NCBI GenBank assembly: GCA_943789065.1
Contig: CALSSQ010000001.1
Span: forward strand, 523,827 to 587,826
DNA: 64,000 nucleotides
Origin: an uncultured Candidatus Actinomarinales bacterium
Lineage (GTDB): Bacteria; Actinomycetota; Acidimicrobiia; Actinomarinales; Actinomarinaceae
Direction: 5' to 3'
Each line of letters opens with the position of its first letter. Positions within the stretch are counted from its first letter, which is position 1. The notes below the pieces were generated by a model. It saw nothing but the letters and a program-made list of their open reading frames with translations. It was not told the origin of the DNA and searched no databases. Below are positions 39,423-50,091 of the stretch, one piece after another. The translations under genes and the position numbers were made by a program.

Positions 39423-39971
39423 ATGAGCAATTTATTTTTAAGACATGGCGAGGTTCATAATGTTAAAAATATTATGTATGGCGATATTCCGGGATACCGA
39501 TTAAGTCTAAATGGAATCGAACAAGCGAGGAATGCTGGAAAATTTATCAACGAAAACTTTAAAATAGATAAAATTATCACCTCCCCTATTTTAAGAGCAA
39601 GGGAAACTTCAAAACTTGTCTCTGAATTTTTAAAAGTTAGAATTGATATTTCTTATAATCTTTACGAATGGAGTGGAGTAACGGGTTGGTTGGGTACAAC
39701 TTTTGATGAATTCTCTAAAACTAAGGACTACCCGAAATACTTAAATAATCCGCTTGAGGTTGAAAATACAACTGAAGATTTACAGATTGTTTTCGAAAGA
39801 GTTAATGTTGTTTTTGAAAACTTCAATAACACATTATTTGTTTCTCATCAAGATACGATCAGAGCTTTTACGTACTACAAAACTAAATCTAGTGTTTTCA
39901 ATGAAAATAAACCCATGCATTGTGGAATACAAGAAATTAAAAATGGTGAACTATTAACTCATAATTATTGA
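39423..39971 (+). CDS. Histidine phosphatase family protein (phosphoglycerate mutase-like).
   Basis: LRHGE catalytic motif at the N-terminus; SPILRARETS. Confidence 0.7.
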   Translation: MSNLFLRHGEVHNVKNIMYGDIPGYRLSLNGIEQARNAGKFINENFKIDKIITSPILRARETSKLVSEFLKVRIDISYNLYEWSGVTGWLGTTFDEFSKTKDYPKYLNNPLEVENTTEDLQIVFERVNVVFENFNNTLFVSHQDTIRAFTYYKTKSSVFNENKPMHCGIQEIKNGELLTHNY

Positions 39972-40189
39972 GACATCGTCAGAAGATAGTACAACAAAGT
40001 TAACGCTCCACCAAAAAACAATGAGAAACTAGAAATTCCAACCACAGGTTCAAGAAATTTAAAGAACTTAGATCTAAATATTTCTAAGTAGTTTTCAACT
40101 ACAAACCTACTAAAAATAAATGCACCAAAACCCGCAACTATAAAATAAACAAAGCTCAATAATGTGATCCAAGGATTAACAATAACCAT
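39965..40189 (-). CDS. Small membrane protein, hypothetical.
   Basis: 74 aa, two transmembrane segments. Confidence 0.3.
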   Translation of the reverse strand: MVIVNPWITLLSFVYFIVAGFGAFIFSRFVVENYLEIFRSKFFKFLEPVVGISSFSLFFGGALTLLYYLLTMSQ

Positions 40190-40212
40190 ATTAAGCTAAA
40201 CTTAATATCCTT

Positions 40213-40443
40213 ATGAAATTTAGCAACAGATCTAAAATAATTGTTTATCTTCTGACAACCTTTTTAGCTAGCTATATCGGCTACGTTTTAGGTAATGCCT
40301 TTTGTGCATCTGATTGTTTAACAGATATTTTATTAAATGTATTAATTTCAAATTCTGTTGCACTAGGTGGAGTTTTCGTTTTAGTTAATTTATCTGAAAA
40401 ATCAATAACTGAATGGAATCAGATGTCAATGGAAGAAGAATAG
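40213..40443 (+). CDS. Small membrane protein, hypothetical.
   Basis: 76 aa, two transmembrane segments. Confidence 0.3.
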   Translation: MKFSNRSKIIVYLLTTFLASYIGYVLGNAFCASDCLTDILLNVLISNSVALGGVFVLVNLSEKSITEWNQMSMEEE

Positions 40444-41444
40444 TTAATAGCTTCAACTATAGAATCTACTTCATTAATCCTGACGTCTTTATGGAAAACT
40501 AATCTAATAATATCTTTTTTGATAAATCCAGAAATTATATTATTTTCTTCCAGTTTTTTTCTGAATATTTCAGCACTATCAGGTGTGTCAAATGAAAAAA
40601 ATAACATATTAGTTCCTTTATAGGTGGCAGTATGAAAAGACCTATTATCTTTTTCAATTGAATTGTTTACATCAGATGCTTTCTTATGGTCTTCGAGAAG
40701 ATGATCTCTATTCTCTATTGCATATTGTGCCGCAGAAGCAATAATACCTACTTGCCTCATCCCCCCTCCTAGTTTTTTTCTATACTCCCTAGCTTCATTA
40801 ATAAAATTTTTATCTCCCATAAGCATTGAGCCAATAGGCGCACCCAGTCCCTTTGAAAAACAAAAAGTTAAACTGTCGCAATATTTTCCATATTCTATAG
40901 ATTGAGGTTCCGTGAGTATCGCATGCCAAATTCTTGCACCATCCATGTGAAATTTCAATCCATTAGATTTAGAGATTTCAGATAAAGTTTTAATGTGTTC
41001 AAAAGGAAGTATGCTTCCACCTGAAGCAAGGTGAGTATTTTCTGAAGCCAAAACTTTTATTAGCGGCTTGTTAATTTTAGACTCCTTTATTGTTTCTGAC
41101 AGGCTGTCAAGGTCATAAACTCCACTAGTACTCTCAATGTCTCTAAATTGTGTTCTAGACAAGAAGGCTGCGGCACCATGCTCATAATTTTTAATATGTG
41201 AATCTTTTGTAGTTATCACTTCTTCACCGGGATTACTGTGAATTAATAAGGAGATTTGATTTCCCATTAAACCTGAAGTTACAAAAAGACCACTTTCGAA
41301 TCCCATTAGGTCAGAGCAGTACTCTTCAAGATTGTTTACAGTAGGATCCTCTTTATATTCATCATCTCCTAGTTCAGCCTCTAATACTTTTTGTAACATT
41401 TCTTTAGAAGGCTTTGTAACGGTGTCTGAGCGTAAATCAATCAT
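40419..41444 (-). CDS. ltaE: Low-specificity L-threonine aldolase.
   Basis: MIDLRSDTVTKP N-terminus and the PLP-lysine region of the beta-eliminating lyase family. Confidence 0.8.
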   Translation of the reverse strand: MIDLRSDTVTKPSKEMLQKVLEAELGDDEYKEDPTVNNLEEYCSDLMGFESGLFVTSGLMGNQISLLIHSNPGEEVITTKDSHIKNYEHGAAAFLSRTQFRDIESTSGVYDLDSLSETIKESKINKPLIKVLASENTHLASGGSILPFEHIKTLSEISKSNGLKFHMDGARIWHAILTEPQSIEYGKYCDSLTFCFSKGLGAPIGSMLMGDKNFINEAREYRKKLGGGMRQVGIIASAAQYAIENRDHLLEDHKKASDVNNSIEKDNRSFHTATYKGTNMLFFSFDTPDSAEIFRKKLEENNIISGFIKKDIIRLVFHKDVRINEVDSIVEAINYSSSIDI

Positions 41445-41446
41445 GG

Positions 41447-42622
41447 CTATATTTTATCATCAAAAAAAATTTGCATGTTTTTCATAGCTTGTCTAATCCT
41501 TTGTTTGTTTTCAACGAGGGCAATCCTAATAAAACCCTCCCCTTCACTTCCAAACCCAATTCCTGGCGATATTGCGACATTGGATGTTTTAAGAATTTCT
41601 AATGAAAAGTCCATTGATTTTTTTTCATAAAAATCTGGAATCTTTGCCCATACAAACATAGTTGCATCGGAAGCATATACACTGAAACCAAATGCTTCAA
41701 GATTTTCGACTACTAGTAGTCTTCTCTCTTTATATGTTTTAGAAACTTCTAACGGATAAGAGTCTAAATCATTAATTGCAACAGCAGACGCAATTTGAAT
41801 TGGTTGAAACGTTCCATAATCAATGTATGATTTTAATTTTGTTAAGCTTTGAATTGCTTCTTTATTACCCAGTGCAAACCCTACTCTCCATCCAGCCATA
41901 GAGTATCCCTTTGTTAGTGAATAAAGTTCAACAGAGTGTGAAAATTCCTTATCTGAATTGAGAAGTGATGGTGGTCTTTGTCCCTCAAAAAAAACATCAG
42001 AATAAGCAAAATCATTTACTATAAGAAAATCATGAGTTCGTGCTAAAAAAACTAGTCTGTCATAAAATTCTTGAGTAACAGTCAATGTTGTTGGATTATG
42101 AGGAAAAGATATTAAAACAACCTTAACTTTTTTGGTATTTAAAATTTCTGTCAAATCATTCAAAAACTGATCTACATCTAGACATTTTATCTTGATGGGA
42201 GTTCCTCCAGCTATTAAAGGAGCAAAGTGGTGTATTGGATAACTTGGATCAGGTATGACTATATTGTCCCCCTTATCTAATACAGACATAAGAAGATGGG
42301 TTAAACCTTCTTTACTTCCTATAGTGTTTACAATATTATCTTCTTCATGTAAATCAATGTCATAAATTCTTTTGTATCGGTTTTTCATTGCACTTCTCAG
42401 ACCAAGTATTCCTTTAGAGACTGAGTATTTATGATTTTTTTTATTTTGAGCGGATTCAATAAGTTTGTCTACAACTAAAGAATGGGTTGGGATATCAGGA
42501 TTTCCATAACCTAGATCTATGACATCTCTACCATTTTTTCTTGCTTCAAGCTTTTGTGTATTAATTTTATTAAATAGATATTCAGGAAAATCATTAATCA
42601 GATTATTTGAGAAATTTGTCAT
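41447..42622 (-). CDS. PLP-dependent aminotransferase, class I (alanine/aspartate aminotransferase-like).
   Basis: LGYGNPD, SLTKGYSMAGWRVGFALG (PLP-lysine), SPGIGFG. Confidence 0.75.
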   Translation of the reverse strand: MTNFSNNLINDFPEYLFNKINTQKLEARKNGRDVIDLGYGNPDIPTHSLVVDKLIESAQNKKNHKYSVSKGILGLRSAMKNRYKRIYDIDLHEEDNIVNTIGSKEGLTHLLMSVLDKGDNIVIPDPSYPIHHFAPLIAGGTPIKIKCLDVDQFLNDLTEILNTKKVKVVLISFPHNPTTLTVTQEFYDRLVFLARTHDFLIVNDFAYSDVFFEGQRPPSLLNSDKEFSHSVELYSLTKGYSMAGWRVGFALGNKEAIQSLTKLKSYIDYGTFQPIQIASAVAINDLDSYPLEVSKTYKERRLLVVENLEAFGFSVYASDATMFVWAKIPDFYEKKSMDFSLEILKTSNVAISPGIGFGSEGEGFIRIALVENKQRIRQAMKNMQIFFDDKI

Positions 42623-43302
42623 AAAAGAATCATATCTATCTGTGAATAAAAATTCTTTATATTGGAATCTTTTAGTACCAATATTTGCTCAAAAATAGTA
42701 AATGGGTTCTCATTAATTTTTTGGATATTTTGACAATGACTTAATCTTCCCAGAGTTGGCTTATTCTTATCAATATTTTCATAGATTGAAATTAATTTTT
42801 TTTCATCCCCAAACCATTGATTTACACCTACTGAATACTTTTTGATAAGATCTATCTTTTTTTGCGAAGTACCTCCAATAAATAAATTATTTCCATCTAT
42901 TGAGAACGTATACTTATTTATTAGGTCATTAATTATGTAATCTAGGTTATTAGAGTACTTAATTCTATTTTTTTCATACCTATTATCCCCTGTGCCCAGT
43001 CCAAGTCTAAAGTTTTTAATTTCTAGCATGGGGTTAATGTATTCAGAAAAAAGCGCGTCAATCTTTCGTACATTTATATTCAAAACACATACCCCCAAAT
43101 TGAATGAATAATTAGTATTCTCATGAATCACTGAAAGCCCTTTTTTAATGTTGTACATAGATTTTTTTTCATCCGAGGGATTAATAGAGTGATCAAAAAG
43201 GTATATGTTTTTAATATTTTTTTTTGCCAAATAATCAAGTTTATTATTAAAACCATCTTCGAAAAAACTACCTGGTAGTAGTACTGAAATTTCTTTACTC
43301 AT
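42619..43302 (-). CDS. Hypothetical protein, possibly a short luciferase-like (LLM) fold.
   Basis: Weak LLM-like features (FDHSINP, RLGLGTGD); 227 aa. Confidence 0.3.
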   Translation of the reverse strand: MSKEISVLLPGSFFEDGFNNKLDYLAKKNIKNIYLFDHSINPSDEKKSMYNIKKGLSVIHENTNYSFNLGVCVLNINVRKIDALFSEYINPMLEIKNFRLGLGTGDNRYEKNRIKYSNNLDYIINDLINKYTFSIDGNNLFIGGTSQKKIDLIKKYSVGVNQWFGDEKKLISIYENIDKNKPTLGRLSHCQNIQKINENPFTIFEQILVLKDSNIKNFYSQIDMILL

Positions 43303-44203
43303 GCTGGGCTAAAAGAGCAGCTCCAATTATTCCTGAGTCAGATTGAAAATTACTTATTTTTATATCTGGAAAAACTCTTCCTTTAAATTCAAAATTATTA
43401 TGAATATTTTGTTGTATTAAATTCACTAAATCGTATGCTTCTTCTGACATTGATCCACCAAGTATGAACAATTCATTATTAAATATTTCGAATATTGAGA
43501 CCAAGCCTCTTGAAATATATTTTATGATCCTATCTCTTGCTAATATTTGAACCGAGGTTAATCTAACTTTTTCGTCAAATAAAATAGATCCTACTTTTCT
43601 CTGCTGGAACAAAATTGCTAATTCTGAATCTGGTTCTTTGAGTGACAGCTCATTACAAACTTCAGTCCATTTCTTAGCAGAAACAATTGCCTCTAAACAC
43701 CCGTTTTTCCCACAGTTACAAATAATTTCAATATTATCAGAGATTAACATATGACCCAGCTCACCAGCATTGCTGTTTCCTCTTAAAAGCTTTCCATCAT
43801 TTATAATGCCTCCACCAATACCAGTTCCAAAAGTAAGCATTATTAAATTTGTTTTCTTATCTCTATAATTCAAATGATATTCTGCATATGCTGCGACATT
43901 TCCATCGTTATCAATTAAAAAATTTGAATGACTGAAGTTATTTATTTTTTTAAAATCGATTTTGTATTTTATATTTGTTCCATAAAGGTACATTGCATTT
44001 TGTTTATCTATGAAACCCGGCATTGCAACTGAAATTTTATCGAATTTCATCTTATTTTTAGAAATAATTGAATTAATTATTTCTAAAAAGCTGTCTTCAT
44101 TGCTAGGTGTATTGATGCTATCTTTAAATTTAATTTCCGAATGTTCATTGACGATCCCATATTTAATTGATGTTCCACCAACGTCAAATGACAAGATATT
44201 CAT
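43295..44203 (-). CDS. ROK-family sugar kinase (glucokinase-like).
   Basis: N-terminal DVGGTSIKYG, ROK signature LGTGIGGGII, zinc motif CNCGKNGCLEA. Confidence 0.8.
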   Translation of the reverse strand: MNILSFDVGGTSIKYGIVNEHSEIKFKDSINTPSNEDSFLEIINSIISKNKMKFDKISVAMPGFIDKQNAMYLYGTNIKYKIDFKKINNFSHSNFLIDNDGNVAAYAEYHLNYRDKKTNLIMLTFGTGIGGGIINDGKLLRGNSNAGELGHMLISDNIEIICNCGKNGCLEAIVSAKKWTEVCNELSLKEPDSELAILFQQRKVGSILFDEKVRLTSVQILARDRIIKYISRGLVSIFEIFNNELFILGGSMSEEAYDLVNLIQQNIHNNFEFKGRVFPDIKISNFQSDSGIIGAALLAQHE

Positions 44204-44970
44204 ACTATCAAAGATGATAATTCTAAATAGTTGCTATTTGCACGGAAATAACCAACATTTAAGCATTCTGTATGTCCCAATCGCCATTTAGATGCTTGTG
44301 GTTGGTGAACATCGCCAAATATAGAATATTTTGGTTTTGTGTCTAATATATAATTTCTTAAACTTTCCCAGCCCTGCTCTTTTTTATTAGTTATTATATC
44401 TGTGATTAACTCTTTTACGTATGGTGGAGCATGAGTGCAAATTATGTCTACTTCTCCTAGTTGTTTTAGCTTTGAAGAAAATAATTCTTCAGAAATTTCA
44501 CCGCGTGCTTTAATTGGAGTAGGAACTCCTCCTCCTGCAAAGCCTATTTTGAAATTCTTATAGTTGATGACTTCTCCATCTACATATTTGACGTTACTAG
44601 TCATAGTTTCTTTCATAATTTTTTCCGAGTCAACATTCCCTGGAATTATTAATATTTCATATTTGAGTAATACCTTAAAAACTTCTTGGTATTGTTTATA
44701 AATTGCCTCTTCTAATCTTAGTTGTACACCTTCTTTGTCTCTCTCAAACATTGAAGACCAGAGTTTTTTTCTTTCTTTAAAGTTATGATCTTTTCTTAAC
44801 TGAATAAGTTGACCAACAATATCTTTCCCGAAAACATCTTGAGCAATACCCTCACCATTCCTATAGTCAATCCAGTTGATTAAATCACCCAATATAACAA
44901 CGGGTTCATTTAGCTTTGGAAGATTTTTTAGAGAATCTAATCCATGGTGAACGTCAGAGATGAATAGCAT
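44200..44970 (-). CDS. Calcineurin-like metallophosphoesterase.
   Basis: ISDVHHG, ILGDLIN, GNVD motifs. Confidence 0.65.
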   Translation of the reverse strand: MLFISDVHHGLDSLKNLPKLNEPVVILGDLINWIDYRNGEGIAQDVFGKDIVGQLIQLRKDHNFKERKKLWSSMFERDKEGVQLRLEEAIYKQYQEVFKVLLKYEILIIPGNVDSEKIMKETMTSNVKYVDGEVINYKNFKIGFAGGGVPTPIKARGEISEELFSSKLKQLGEVDIICTHAPPYVKELITDIITNKKEQGWESLRNYILDTKPKYSIFGDVHQPQASKWRLGHTECLNVGYFRANSNYLELSSLIV

Positions 44971-44974
44971 TCAG

Positions 44975-46636
44975 TTAACCTGTCACAGCACCTTTATCTG
45001 CCCCATGTACCAGCTTTGAATACTTGTTTAAAACACCTGATGTGTACCTTGGCGTAGGTGGAGTGTATTTACTTCTTCTAATTTTTATTTCTTCATCATC
45101 GATATTTATATTTAATTCCCTTTTAGCTAAGTTAAGTTCGATCTCATCACCATTCTCACAAATTGAGATTGGTCCACCTTCAACACTTTCTGGAGTTACA
45201 TGTCCAATGCATAATCCAGTAGTTCCCCCAGAAAATCTTCCATCCGTAATTAGCAGCACATCTTTTCCAAGACCTGCACCTTTTATTGCTGCAGTAATTT
45301 GTAACATTTCTCTCATTCCAGGACCTCCTTTGGGCCCTTCATTCCTGATTACAACTACTTCACCTTTTTTAATAAGATTATTGAATAGTGCTTCTAAAGC
45401 TTCCTGCTCACTATCAAAAACATTGGCAGGTCCCTTGAAAGTATCAATTTCAATCCCAGCTACTTTAACAACAGAGCCATTTGGAGATAAGCTTCCATTT
45501 AATATAGCTATACCTCCTTCTTTTGAAATTGGATTATCTGGAAAAGAAACTACATCTTGATTTTTAGGTATCTCAATATTTTCAAGATTTTCTCCAACTG
45601 TATTTCCCGTTACAGTAAGACAGTTGCCATCAATAAGATCATTTTCTAAAAGGATCTTGGAGACCACAGGAACTCCACCAATATTATCTAAATCAACCAT
45701 GTGATACTTACCAAATGGTTTCATATCTGCAATGTGTGGAACAGTTCTTCCAAGCTGATCAAAGGTACCTAATGTTAGGTCAACCTTTGCTTCATGCGCA
45801 ATAGCCATTAGATGCAATACAGCATTAGTACTGCCTCCAAGTGCCAGAACAGTTGTTACTGCATTCTTAAATGCATTCAAAGTCATAATATCTCTTGGCT
45901 TAATATCATTTTTGAGAAGATAGTTTAACTGCTTACCTGTCTTTTCAGCTTCGATACGTAAACGTGCATCTTCTGCTGGAAGTGATGCTGTGCCGGGTAA
46001 ACTCATTCCGATAGCTTCACCCACTGATGCCATTGTGTTCGCAGTAAACATGCCTGCACAAGAACCTTGACCAGGACAAGCTGCACACTCAATTTCATAC
46101 AATTCGTCTTCAGTTATTAGACCCTTTTCCATAGCTCCTATGCCCTCAAATACATCTACAATTGAGATATCTTTACCTTTATAAGAACCAGGGAGACTAC
46201 TTCCGCCATATAAAAATATTGCTGGTCTATTTATTCTTGCAGCAGCCATTAGCATCCCTGGAAGAGATTTATCACAGCCCGCAATAGTAACCATGCCATC
46301 AAATCTTTCAGCATGCATTACTAATTCCACAGAATCAGTAATAACCTCACGAGATACGAGTGAGGCCCTCATACCTTCATGTCCCATTGAAATACCGTCA
46401 GAAACTGCGATTGTTGAAAAAATTAAACCTGCAGATTCCGGCCCATTAACTCCAATTTTTGCTTTCAAAGAAAGCTCTGGACCTGTTACATTGCATGGGG
46501 TTACCTCATTACCAGCAGAAACTATCCCGACCTGAAATTTATTAAAATCATCATCATTTAAACCTACCGCCCTTAGCATGGCTCTTGCGGCAGATCGTCC
46601 CGGACCTTGTGTTACGTCATCTGAAAATTTTGTCAT
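44975..46636 (-). CDS. ilvD: Dihydroxy-acid dehydratase.
   Basis: [25 protein letters not shown], Fe-S cysteines, SxGH(A) motif; 553 aa. Confidence 0.9.
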   Translation of the reverse strand: MTKFSDDVTQGPGRSAARAMLRAVGLNDDDFNKFQVGIVSAGNEVTPCNVTGPELSLKAKIGVNGPESAGLIFSTIAVSDGISMGHEGMRASLVSREVITDSVELVMHAERFDGMVTIAGCDKSLPGMLMAAARINRPAIFLYGGSSLPGSYKGKDISIVDVFEGIGAMEKGLITEDELYEIECAACPGQGSCAGMFTANTMASVGEAIGMSLPGTASLPAEDARLRIEAEKTGKQLNYLLKNDIKPRDIMTLNAFKNAVTTVLALGGSTNAVLHLMAIAHEAKVDLTLGTFDQLGRTVPHIADMKPFGKYHMVDLDNIGGVPVVSKILLENDLIDGNCLTVTGNTVGENLENIEIPKNQDVVSFPDNPISKEGGIAILNGSLSPNGSVVKVAGIEIDTFKGPANVFDSEQEALEALFNNLIKKGEVVVIRNEGPKGGPGMREMLQITAAIKGAGLGKDVLLITDGRFSGGTTGLCIGHVTPESVEGGPISICENGDEIELNLAKRELNINIDDEEIKIRRSKYTPPTPRYTSGVLNKYSKLVHGADKGAVTG

Positions 46637-46667
46637 AAATTAAGAATAGTTTAACTGTTGTATAAAA

Positions 46668-47753
46668 TCATTTTATAAGCCTTAGATATTCGTTCTTTAC
46701 AAGGTCGCTTGGTTCAAGATCAACATCATAATAATTTTCAATATCTTTAAATTGAGATATTTTCCAGATAGCCCATATTGCGTAAAAGCGAATAATTTCA
46801 GAATCAGATTTTAAGAGAGTGTAAATTATTTTAAGTGCATCTTCATCTGGATTATTTGCAAGTGCTATTAATGCATTCCTTTTAAGAAAGTCGCCATTTC
46901 TTTTTGGGATATAAAACCATGAATATTTATCAACCAAATCTTCATTTGACATGGTTAGAATTTTTTTTAAATCGACTGTATTCGTTTCCGAGATGTCAAA
47001 CTCCTTGGTCTGCCCTGGTGGGCATGAAATTAGGCATTCGTCACAGCCATAAAATCTATTACCTATATTTATTCTCATATCTTCTGGAATAATATCTGGA
47101 GATTGTAACCAATATGACAAACACTTATTAGAGTCAAGTCTATATTCCTCATCTAACGCTCCCGTTGGACATGAGATTTGACACATATTGCAGCTTCCAC
47201 ATGAGAATGATTTTTCTTCTGTACTTAGAAATTGTTCCTCAGTGTAAAGATTGCCAATTAACTGCCACGGACCTATTCCCGGTGATAACATCATTGTACT
47301 TTTTCCCTGCCATCCTAGTCCCGATGAGTTAAAAAACATTCTGTCGTAGTGTTGTGGACTATCAATAAATTGTTGTGATTGAATCCCTTCATTATTAAAC
47401 AGATTTGAAAGTTCATTTATAAACTTATTTAGTGGTTTGTAATGATCTTCTAAAGCAAATAAAGCTATAGCTCCATCACCAGCTCTAAAAGAGTGATTAT
47501 TTGATGATCTTGGAAAGTAGTTATATGAAATTATTATACAAGATTTTGCCCATCCAAATTTATCACCAAGTCCAGAATACTTAGGATTTGAGAATGTAAA
47601 TTTCATGTTTGCATGTCTGTTATTAGATTTTGCTTCTTGGATTAAAACTGATTTATCTATTAATGAAGGGAGTGAAATTACAGCTAGATTTATATTTTCT
47701 GGAACGTCTATATTATGACTTTCGAGATAATTAAATAGGTTTTTTTCTTTCAT
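46668..47753 (-). CDS. queG: tRNA epoxyqueuosine reductase QueG.
   Basis: Two 4Fe-4S ferredoxin motifs (CGSCNMCQISCPTGAL, CDECLISCPPG) and a C-terminal HEAT-like domain. Confidence 0.75.
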   Translation of the reverse strand: MKEKNLFNYLESHNIDVPENINLAVISLPSLIDKSVLIQEAKSNNRHANMKFTFSNPKYSGLGDKFGWAKSCIIISYNYFPRSSNNHSFRAGDGAIALFALEDHYKPLNKFINELSNLFNNEGIQSQQFIDSPQHYDRMFFNSSGLGWQGKSTMMLSPGIGPWQLIGNLYTEEQFLSTEEKSFSCGSCNMCQISCPTGALDEEYRLDSNKCLSYWLQSPDIIPEDMRINIGNRFYGCDECLISCPPGQTKEFDISETNTVDLKKILTMSNEDLVDKYSWFYIPKRNGDFLKRNALIALANNPDEDALKIIYTLLKSDSEIIRFYAIWAIWKISQFKDIENYYDVDLEPSDLVKNEYLRLIK

Positions 47754-47783
47754 TTTTATCAGGTTTAACTATAGTTAGATTTA

Positions 47784-47834
47784 ATGAAAAAACTATATGT
47801 CTTAATTACATTATTAGTGCTAGTGCTTATGTAG
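47784..47834 (+). CDS. ilvB leader peptide MKKLYVLITLLVLVLM (16 aa, 10 branched-chain residues).
   Basis: Short ORF immediately upstream of ilvB, rich in Leu/Val/Ile and followed by a terminator hairpin. Confidence 0.6.
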   Translation: MKKLYVLITLLVLVLM

Positions 47835-47885
47835 CGCTCACTTTTTTGTGATGAGCGCCTCCCAAAAAAAGGGAGGTTTTTTTTT
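47834..47885 (+). terminator. Attenuator: hairpin gcgctca-N11-tgagcgc followed by intrinsic terminator cctccc-aaaaaaa-gggagg-T9.
   Basis: Stem 47834-40 pairs with 47852-58. GC stem 47858-63/47871-76 is followed by a nine-T run (47877-85), then AAGGA and the ilvB ATG. Confidence 0.65.
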
Positions 47886-47894
47886 AAGGATGTT

Positions 47895-49607
47895 ATGGAA
47901 GAAAAATTATTGTCAGGCGCAGAGCTTGTTATTAGAGGTTTGGAACATTTAAAAGTCTCTACCATTTTTGGCGTACCTGGTGGTGCAATCCTTCCAGCGT
48001 ATGATCCACTTTACGACAGCCCGATAAGACATATTTTAGCTAGACATGAACAAGGATCGGGTCACATGGCTGAGGGTTATGCTCAGGCAACTGGTGAGTT
48101 AGGTGTAGTAATTGCTACTTCTGGACCTGGTGCTACTAACTTAATAACTTCATTAAACAATGCTTTAATGGATTCAACCCCCCTTCTAGCTATAACAGGT
48201 CAAGTTGCTACTGAAGCTATTGGTAATGATGCTTTCCAAGAGGCATACACAGTTGGTCTCACAATGGCAGCAACAAAGCATAATTATCTGATTACCGACG
48301 CTAGTGAGATTCCTCAAGTACTACTTGAGGCAAAACATATTGCTACTACCGGAAGACCGGGACCAGTTCTAGTAGATATACCAAAAGATATTCTTAACCA
48401 AAAAGCAAAATGGATTGAGCCAAAATTAGTAGATTTACCAGGATACAAACCTACTCTTGATGCAAATCCAAAAATGATTCAACAGGCAGTAAACTTAATC
48501 AAAGACTCTAAGAAACCTCTTTTATATGTCGGTGGAGGAATTATTCACTCAAAGGCAAATATTGAGTTATTTGATCTAGCTCAGAAATTCAACATTCCAG
48601 TGGTTACAACCCTTATGGGTAGAGGTGCATTTCCTGATGGTCATGAACTATGTTTAGGAATGCCAGGTATGCATGGGAACTATACCGCCACAACTTCGAT
48701 TCAGAACTCAGATTTATTAATTGCAATAGGTGTAAGGTTTGATGATCGAGTAACAGCAAATCCAAAGTTTTTTGCTCAAAATGCAAAAGTTATTCATGCT
48801 GATATAGATCCAGCTGAAATTGGAAAAGTAAGAGATGCGGAAGTACCTATAGTTGGAGATGCAAAAAGTGTTATCAAAGGTCTTATTGATAAGCTTGGAG
48901 ATACCAAACTAGAAACTTCCAACTGGATTCAAGAAATTAATGAAATGAGAGAAAGCTATCCCCTCACCTTCACTCAAGATGAAGATGGTCCATTAAAAGT
49001 TCCTTATGTACTTGAAGAACTTCAAAAAATGTCAGAGGATGACTCAATTGTAGTTTCGGGAGTTGGTCAGCATCAAATGTGGATATCTTTACATTGGAAA
49101 TTTACAAAACCAAACACTTGGTTAAATTCTGGAGGATTAGGAACCATGGGATATTCCCTGCCAGCAGCTATAGGAGCAAAAGCAGCATATCCTGATAGAC
49201 AGGTTCTTTCTTTAGATGGAGACGGTTGTTTTCAGATGACTTGTCAGGAACTAATAACAGCTTCTACAGAAAACATCCCTCTGAAAATAGTTGTTTTCAA
49301 TAATGGAAATCATGGAATGGTGAGACAGTGGCAAAAAATATTTTATAAGAATCGTTTTTCAGCTTCTGAACTTACCCATCACACCCCTGACTATGTAAAA
49401 CTTGCTGAAGCTATGGGAGCTGTCGGACTAAGAATGGAACAAAAGTCCGAAGTAAAAGATGTATTTGAAAAAATGCTTGAAATTAATGATAAGCCGGTAC
49501 TTGTCGACTGTGTTGTTGATCCAGATGATATGGTTTTCCCTATGGTTCCTGCTGGGGGTAGTAATGATGTAATCATCCTAAATGAAGAGGATTTGAAAAA
49601 AATATGA
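47895..49607 (+). CDS. ilvB: Acetolactate synthase large subunit.
   Basis: ThDP-binding motif GDGCFQMT...NN; 570 aa. Confidence 0.9.
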   Translation: MEEKLLSGAELVIRGLEHLKVSTIFGVPGGAILPAYDPLYDSPIRHILARHEQGSGHMAEGYAQATGELGVVIATSGPGATNLITSLNNALMDSTPLLAITGQVATEAIGNDAFQEAYTVGLTMAATKHNYLITDASEIPQVLLEAKHIATTGRPGPVLVDIPKDILNQKAKWIEPKLVDLPGYKPTLDANPKMIQQAVNLIKDSKKPLLYVGGGIIHSKANIELFDLAQKFNIPVVTTLMGRGAFPDGHELCLGMPGMHGNYTATTSIQNSDLLIAIGVRFDDRVTANPKFFAQNAKVIHADIDPAEIGKVRDAEVPIVGDAKSVIKGLIDKLGDTKLETSNWIQEINEMRESYPLTFTQDEDGPLKVPYVLEELQKMSEDDSIVVSGVGQHQMWISLHWKFTKPNTWLNSGGLGTMGYSLPAAIGAKAAYPDRQVLSLDGDGCFQMTCQELITASTENIPLKIVVFNNGNHGMVRQWQKIFYKNRFSASELTHHTPDYVKLAEAMGAVGLRMEQKSEVKDVFEKMLEINDKPVLVDCVVDPDDMVFPMVPAGGSNDVIILNEEDLKKI

Positions 49608-50077
49608 GTGAAAGAATTTTGAGTGTGCTTGTTGAAGACAAACCGGGTGTATTAGCAAGAATTTCTTCAACAATTTCAAGGAGAGGCTTTAATATTAATT
49701 CACTTTCCGTAGGTCCAACAAATATTGATGGAAGATCAAAGATGACAATTGTTACAGAGCTTGAATCGGTAGAGCAAGTAAAAAAACAGTTAAACAAATT
49801 AATAAATGTCATAAAAATCGTAGAACTAGATCCTGACAACACGATTGAATCCGAAGTACTGCTAATGAAAGTCTCAATCAACAAAGATTCTCAAACATCA
49901 GTTATAGAAAAAGCAAATTTATCAGGCGCAAAATCTGTTGATGTGGGACAGGATTATGCAGTTTTTGAGCTAACTGGTACATCTAAAGAATTGAAAAAGT
50001 TTGAAAACCTAATGAAACCGTTTGGAATTATTGAAATGATTCGTGGCGGAAGAATAGCTATTCAATCTAATTTATAA
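49604..50077 (+). CDS. ilvN: Acetolactate synthase small (regulatory) subunit.
   Basis: N-terminal ACT domain ([26 protein letters not shown]); 157 aa. Confidence 0.85.
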   Translation: MSERILSVLVEDKPGVLARISSTISRRGFNINSLSVGPTNIDGRSKMTIVTELESVEQVKKQLNKLINVIKIVELDPDNTIESEVLLMKVSINKDSQTSVIEKANLSGAKSVDVGQDYAVFELTGTSKELKKFENLMKPFGIIEMIRGGRIAIQSNL

Positions 50078-50091
50078 AAAGGAGAAATTAT

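Noticed and set aside
45024-45560. 178-aa ORF antisense to ilvD. Similar antisense ORFs occur at 14492-15586 in dnaE, 62814-63134 in the TauE gene, 4858-6097 in coaE/rpsA, and 323-529 in uvrA.
   Set aside because: Low-complexity Ser/Pro/Leu-rich translations lying entirely inside well-supported genes on the opposite strand. These are typical shadow ORFs.
47765-47965. 66-aa minus-strand ORF spanning the ilv attenuator and ilvB start.
   Set aside because: It overlaps the leader peptide, terminator and ilvB N-terminus on the opposite strand and has a low-complexity sequence; spurious.
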